Of a stretch of 64,000 bases of DNA, positions 61,797 to 64,000 are shown in pieces. The stretch's first letter is position 1. Each line of letters starts with the position of its first letter. The translations under genes were made by a program, and so were the position numbers. The DNA comes from Euglena gracilis (taxonomy: Eukaryota), in NCBI GenBank assembly GCA_039621445.1, contig CP154954.1, positions 17,452,589 through 17,516,588 on the forward strand, given 5' to 3'. The notes beneath the pieces were generated by a model, which saw only the letters and a program-made list of their open reading frames with translations, did no database searches and had not been told where the DNA came from.

Positions 61797-62206
61797 AGAA
61801 AAATCGACCGACACTAACAGATTCAGCAGGGGCGCCGGGCGGCTCGCTTCGCTCGCTCACGCCCGGCGCCCCTGCTGAATCTGTTAGTGTCGGTCGATTT
61901 TTGTATAGAAACATCGGGTCTTGCAAATCCTCAATCACAGACAATCAAAAACATTTTGGCATCACCCTCACCCCCCCCCTCAAATTGCCCACCCTGTGGC
62001 ATTGTGGGACCCCTCTGGGGGGTGAACACTTTGGGGGGGGGTGGACACTTTGGGGGGGTGAGGGTATCCCCGGCGGAACCTCTCACCGAAATAATTCCCC
62101 GGCCATCTTTCACCGAAATAATTCACTCTGACCAGTCCAAAATGCTCCCTGAACCCCATAGAACCGAAGAAAGGGGCGTCAAGAATGGTCAAAATGGCGG
62201 CTCATT

Positions 62207-63291
62207 GCGGGAAATTGGTGATGGATTTTTTGGTGGTCGCTAGCGACTTGTCGCTAGCGACTGTTGGTGATGGCCTAGCGACCATTGGTGGTCGGGCCGA
62301 CCAATTTTAAGTCCACCCCCCCCCCCTCTAAAAATTTTTTAAGCCCCCCCCTCCAAAAAAAATTCATTGAAATATGAAGGAAAATGACTCGAAACCCACC
62401 CAAATGCCTTCAGAAACCCCCATTCGGGGGTCCAATTGCAAAAAAAAATTGGGTAATATGTTCTTTTTGCGCCAGTTCTGTGAAAGTTATCTTTGTCCAG
62501 GAGTCCAGTTGGACGGGTGGGTCTCCGGGGGGGGGGGGGGGCGAACCCCCCCCCCCCCGGAGGAGGCCGTAGTAGGAGGGCCGAATCGTGCTCCCGAAGG
62601 AACCCCGATATGCGAACTACGCGCACCGTAAACAAAACAGTCCTAAGGCGCCTTCGGCGCCCTTGGTCGTCTAGCGGGGGGGGGGGGGGGCTGCCGCCCC
62701 GCACCCCCCCCCCCGCCCTCCAATAACAAAATCCCCTCCGGGGTAACCGACCCAGGGCCAGGCGCGCATGTAATGCCACGCGCACCGTAAACAAAACATT
62801 CCTAAGGCGCCTTCGGCTCCTTTGTTCTTCTAGCGGGGGGGGGGGGCTGCCGCCCCCCCCCCCACACCCCCGGACCCCCCCCCCGCCCAAAATAACAAAA
62901 TCCCCTCCGGGCCCCCTTGTGTGTGCAAGGCAAGGAAGGCCGAATCGTGCTCCTTAACTCCTGGACAAAGACAAGTTTCACAGAACTGGCGCAAAAAGAA
63001 GAATATTACCCAATTTTTTTTGCAGATGGACCCCCGAATGGGGGTTTCTGAAGGCATTTGGGTGGGTTTCGAGTCATTCTCCTTCATATTTGAATGAATT
63101 TTTTTTGGAGGGGGGGGGGGCTTATAAACTTTTTTAGAGGGGGGGGTGGACTTAAAATTGGTGGTCGCTAGCGACTAGTCGCCAGCGACCAGCCTTATCA
63201 CCAATGGTCGCTAGCGACTAGTCGCTAGAAAATGGTCGCTAGCGACCATGGTCGCTAGCGACCACCAAAAAGTCCATCACCAATTTCTCGC
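62207..63291. mobile_element. Foldback element with ~300-bp inverted arms
   Basis: ~62207-62520 is the imperfect reverse complement of ~62955-63291; palindromic GTCGCTAGCGAC subrepeats; no clear TSD. Confidence 0.75.
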
Positions 63292-63488
63292 TCGGGGCCA
63301 AAAATGGCTGCAAAAAATGGATGCAAAAGCCACTTGAGTTGTTCGCATTGTGGCCACTTCTGCTCAATCTGCTCATTGATATTACTCAATAAGCAGAATT
63401 TTAATTATTTTGGATCTTTGCGTGGTTCGCGGGGCTGGCCCTTGTCTGGACCTCAGTGGGGGGGGGGGGTGTTCAATCGGGGTTAGTA

Positions 63489-63996
63489 CAGTCCCTGGGC
63501 GTAAATTTCCCCCCAGGGAAGATTTTTTGGGCTCTTGACTGGGGGGGGGGATTCCGTTTCGGACATTTTGCCCCGTTCCTCCACAGTCTTTTCTATTCTT
63601 TGAAGCCATGAAGCCTGCCGGCATTCGGAATTCATTGGCCGTATGTTGTGGGGTTGTTATGACATATTCCCGAACACCTCTGTTCTGGGCGGTGGGCAAC
63701 CGGCAAAAGATCCTGAACCGGAGGCAGGGCACACATAAAGACACACACAGGCCGAGGGTGGTTCAATGGATAAAAAGACCAAAAGATGCCAAGTCCTCGA
63801 CCCGGGGGTCATGCAAGTGGTGAAGCTGTGCTGCTGCATGCATAAAAAGAAAGTCCCAACCCACCTGCCTTTGCCGTTCCTCTGGGACAGAAGGGGGGGG
63901 AATTTCAACCGTTTCAGAGCCTTTTGCAAGTCCAGGGAAATTCCGAAACTTCAGGGGGGGGAATTTTCGGGGGGGGGGATTTACGCCCAGGGACTG
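63489..63996. mobile_element. Tc1/mariner-like MITE
   Basis: TA|CAGTCCCTGGGCGTAAAT...ATTTACGCCCAGGGACTG|TA, perfect 18-bp TIR. Confidence 0.85.
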
Positions 63997-64000
63997 TACC

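Noticed and set aside
61842-61859. AAV-like Rep-binding GCTC repeats in a hairpin loop
   Set aside because: Only a short low-complexity match, no rep gene or T-shaped terminal repeat; kept only as a foldback element.

Overview
Repeat-dominated eukaryotic DNA with no intact host gene I can support. Two exact copies of the 26-nt euglenid-type spliced-leader exon suggest a euglenid host (inference). The centrepiece is a ~20.7-kb GC-rich cluster (8531-29235) of Penelope-like retroelements (PLEs) from two families, with GIY-YIG endonuclease N-terminal to RT in the one copy that retains that region, and with every segment ending in (GA)n. It includes a 660-bp tandem array carrying a type III hammerhead ribozyme with kissing loops in every unit, plus one variant-core and one degenerate hammerhead. 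The array unit and the autonomous PLE share a junction (AGAAGAGAGA|TTT) followed by a covarying three-hairpin structure. The PLE reading frame, pieced together from two copies, has no stop codon: it runs through the 3'-5' junction back into the endonuclease and carries a conserved 2A-like motif (RIGEAxxPGP). This suggests a circular or multimeric RNA, endless-ORF retroelement with a ribozyme-bearing satellite. A second system is a CRE-like non-LTR retrotransposon (RT plus restriction-like endonuclease, canonical 2A peptide) and a short derivative, each headed by the spliced-leader exon. The rest is nested MITEs/foldbacks, a hAT transposase remnant, an EF-1alpha fragment captured in a TIR element, and low-complexity DNA.
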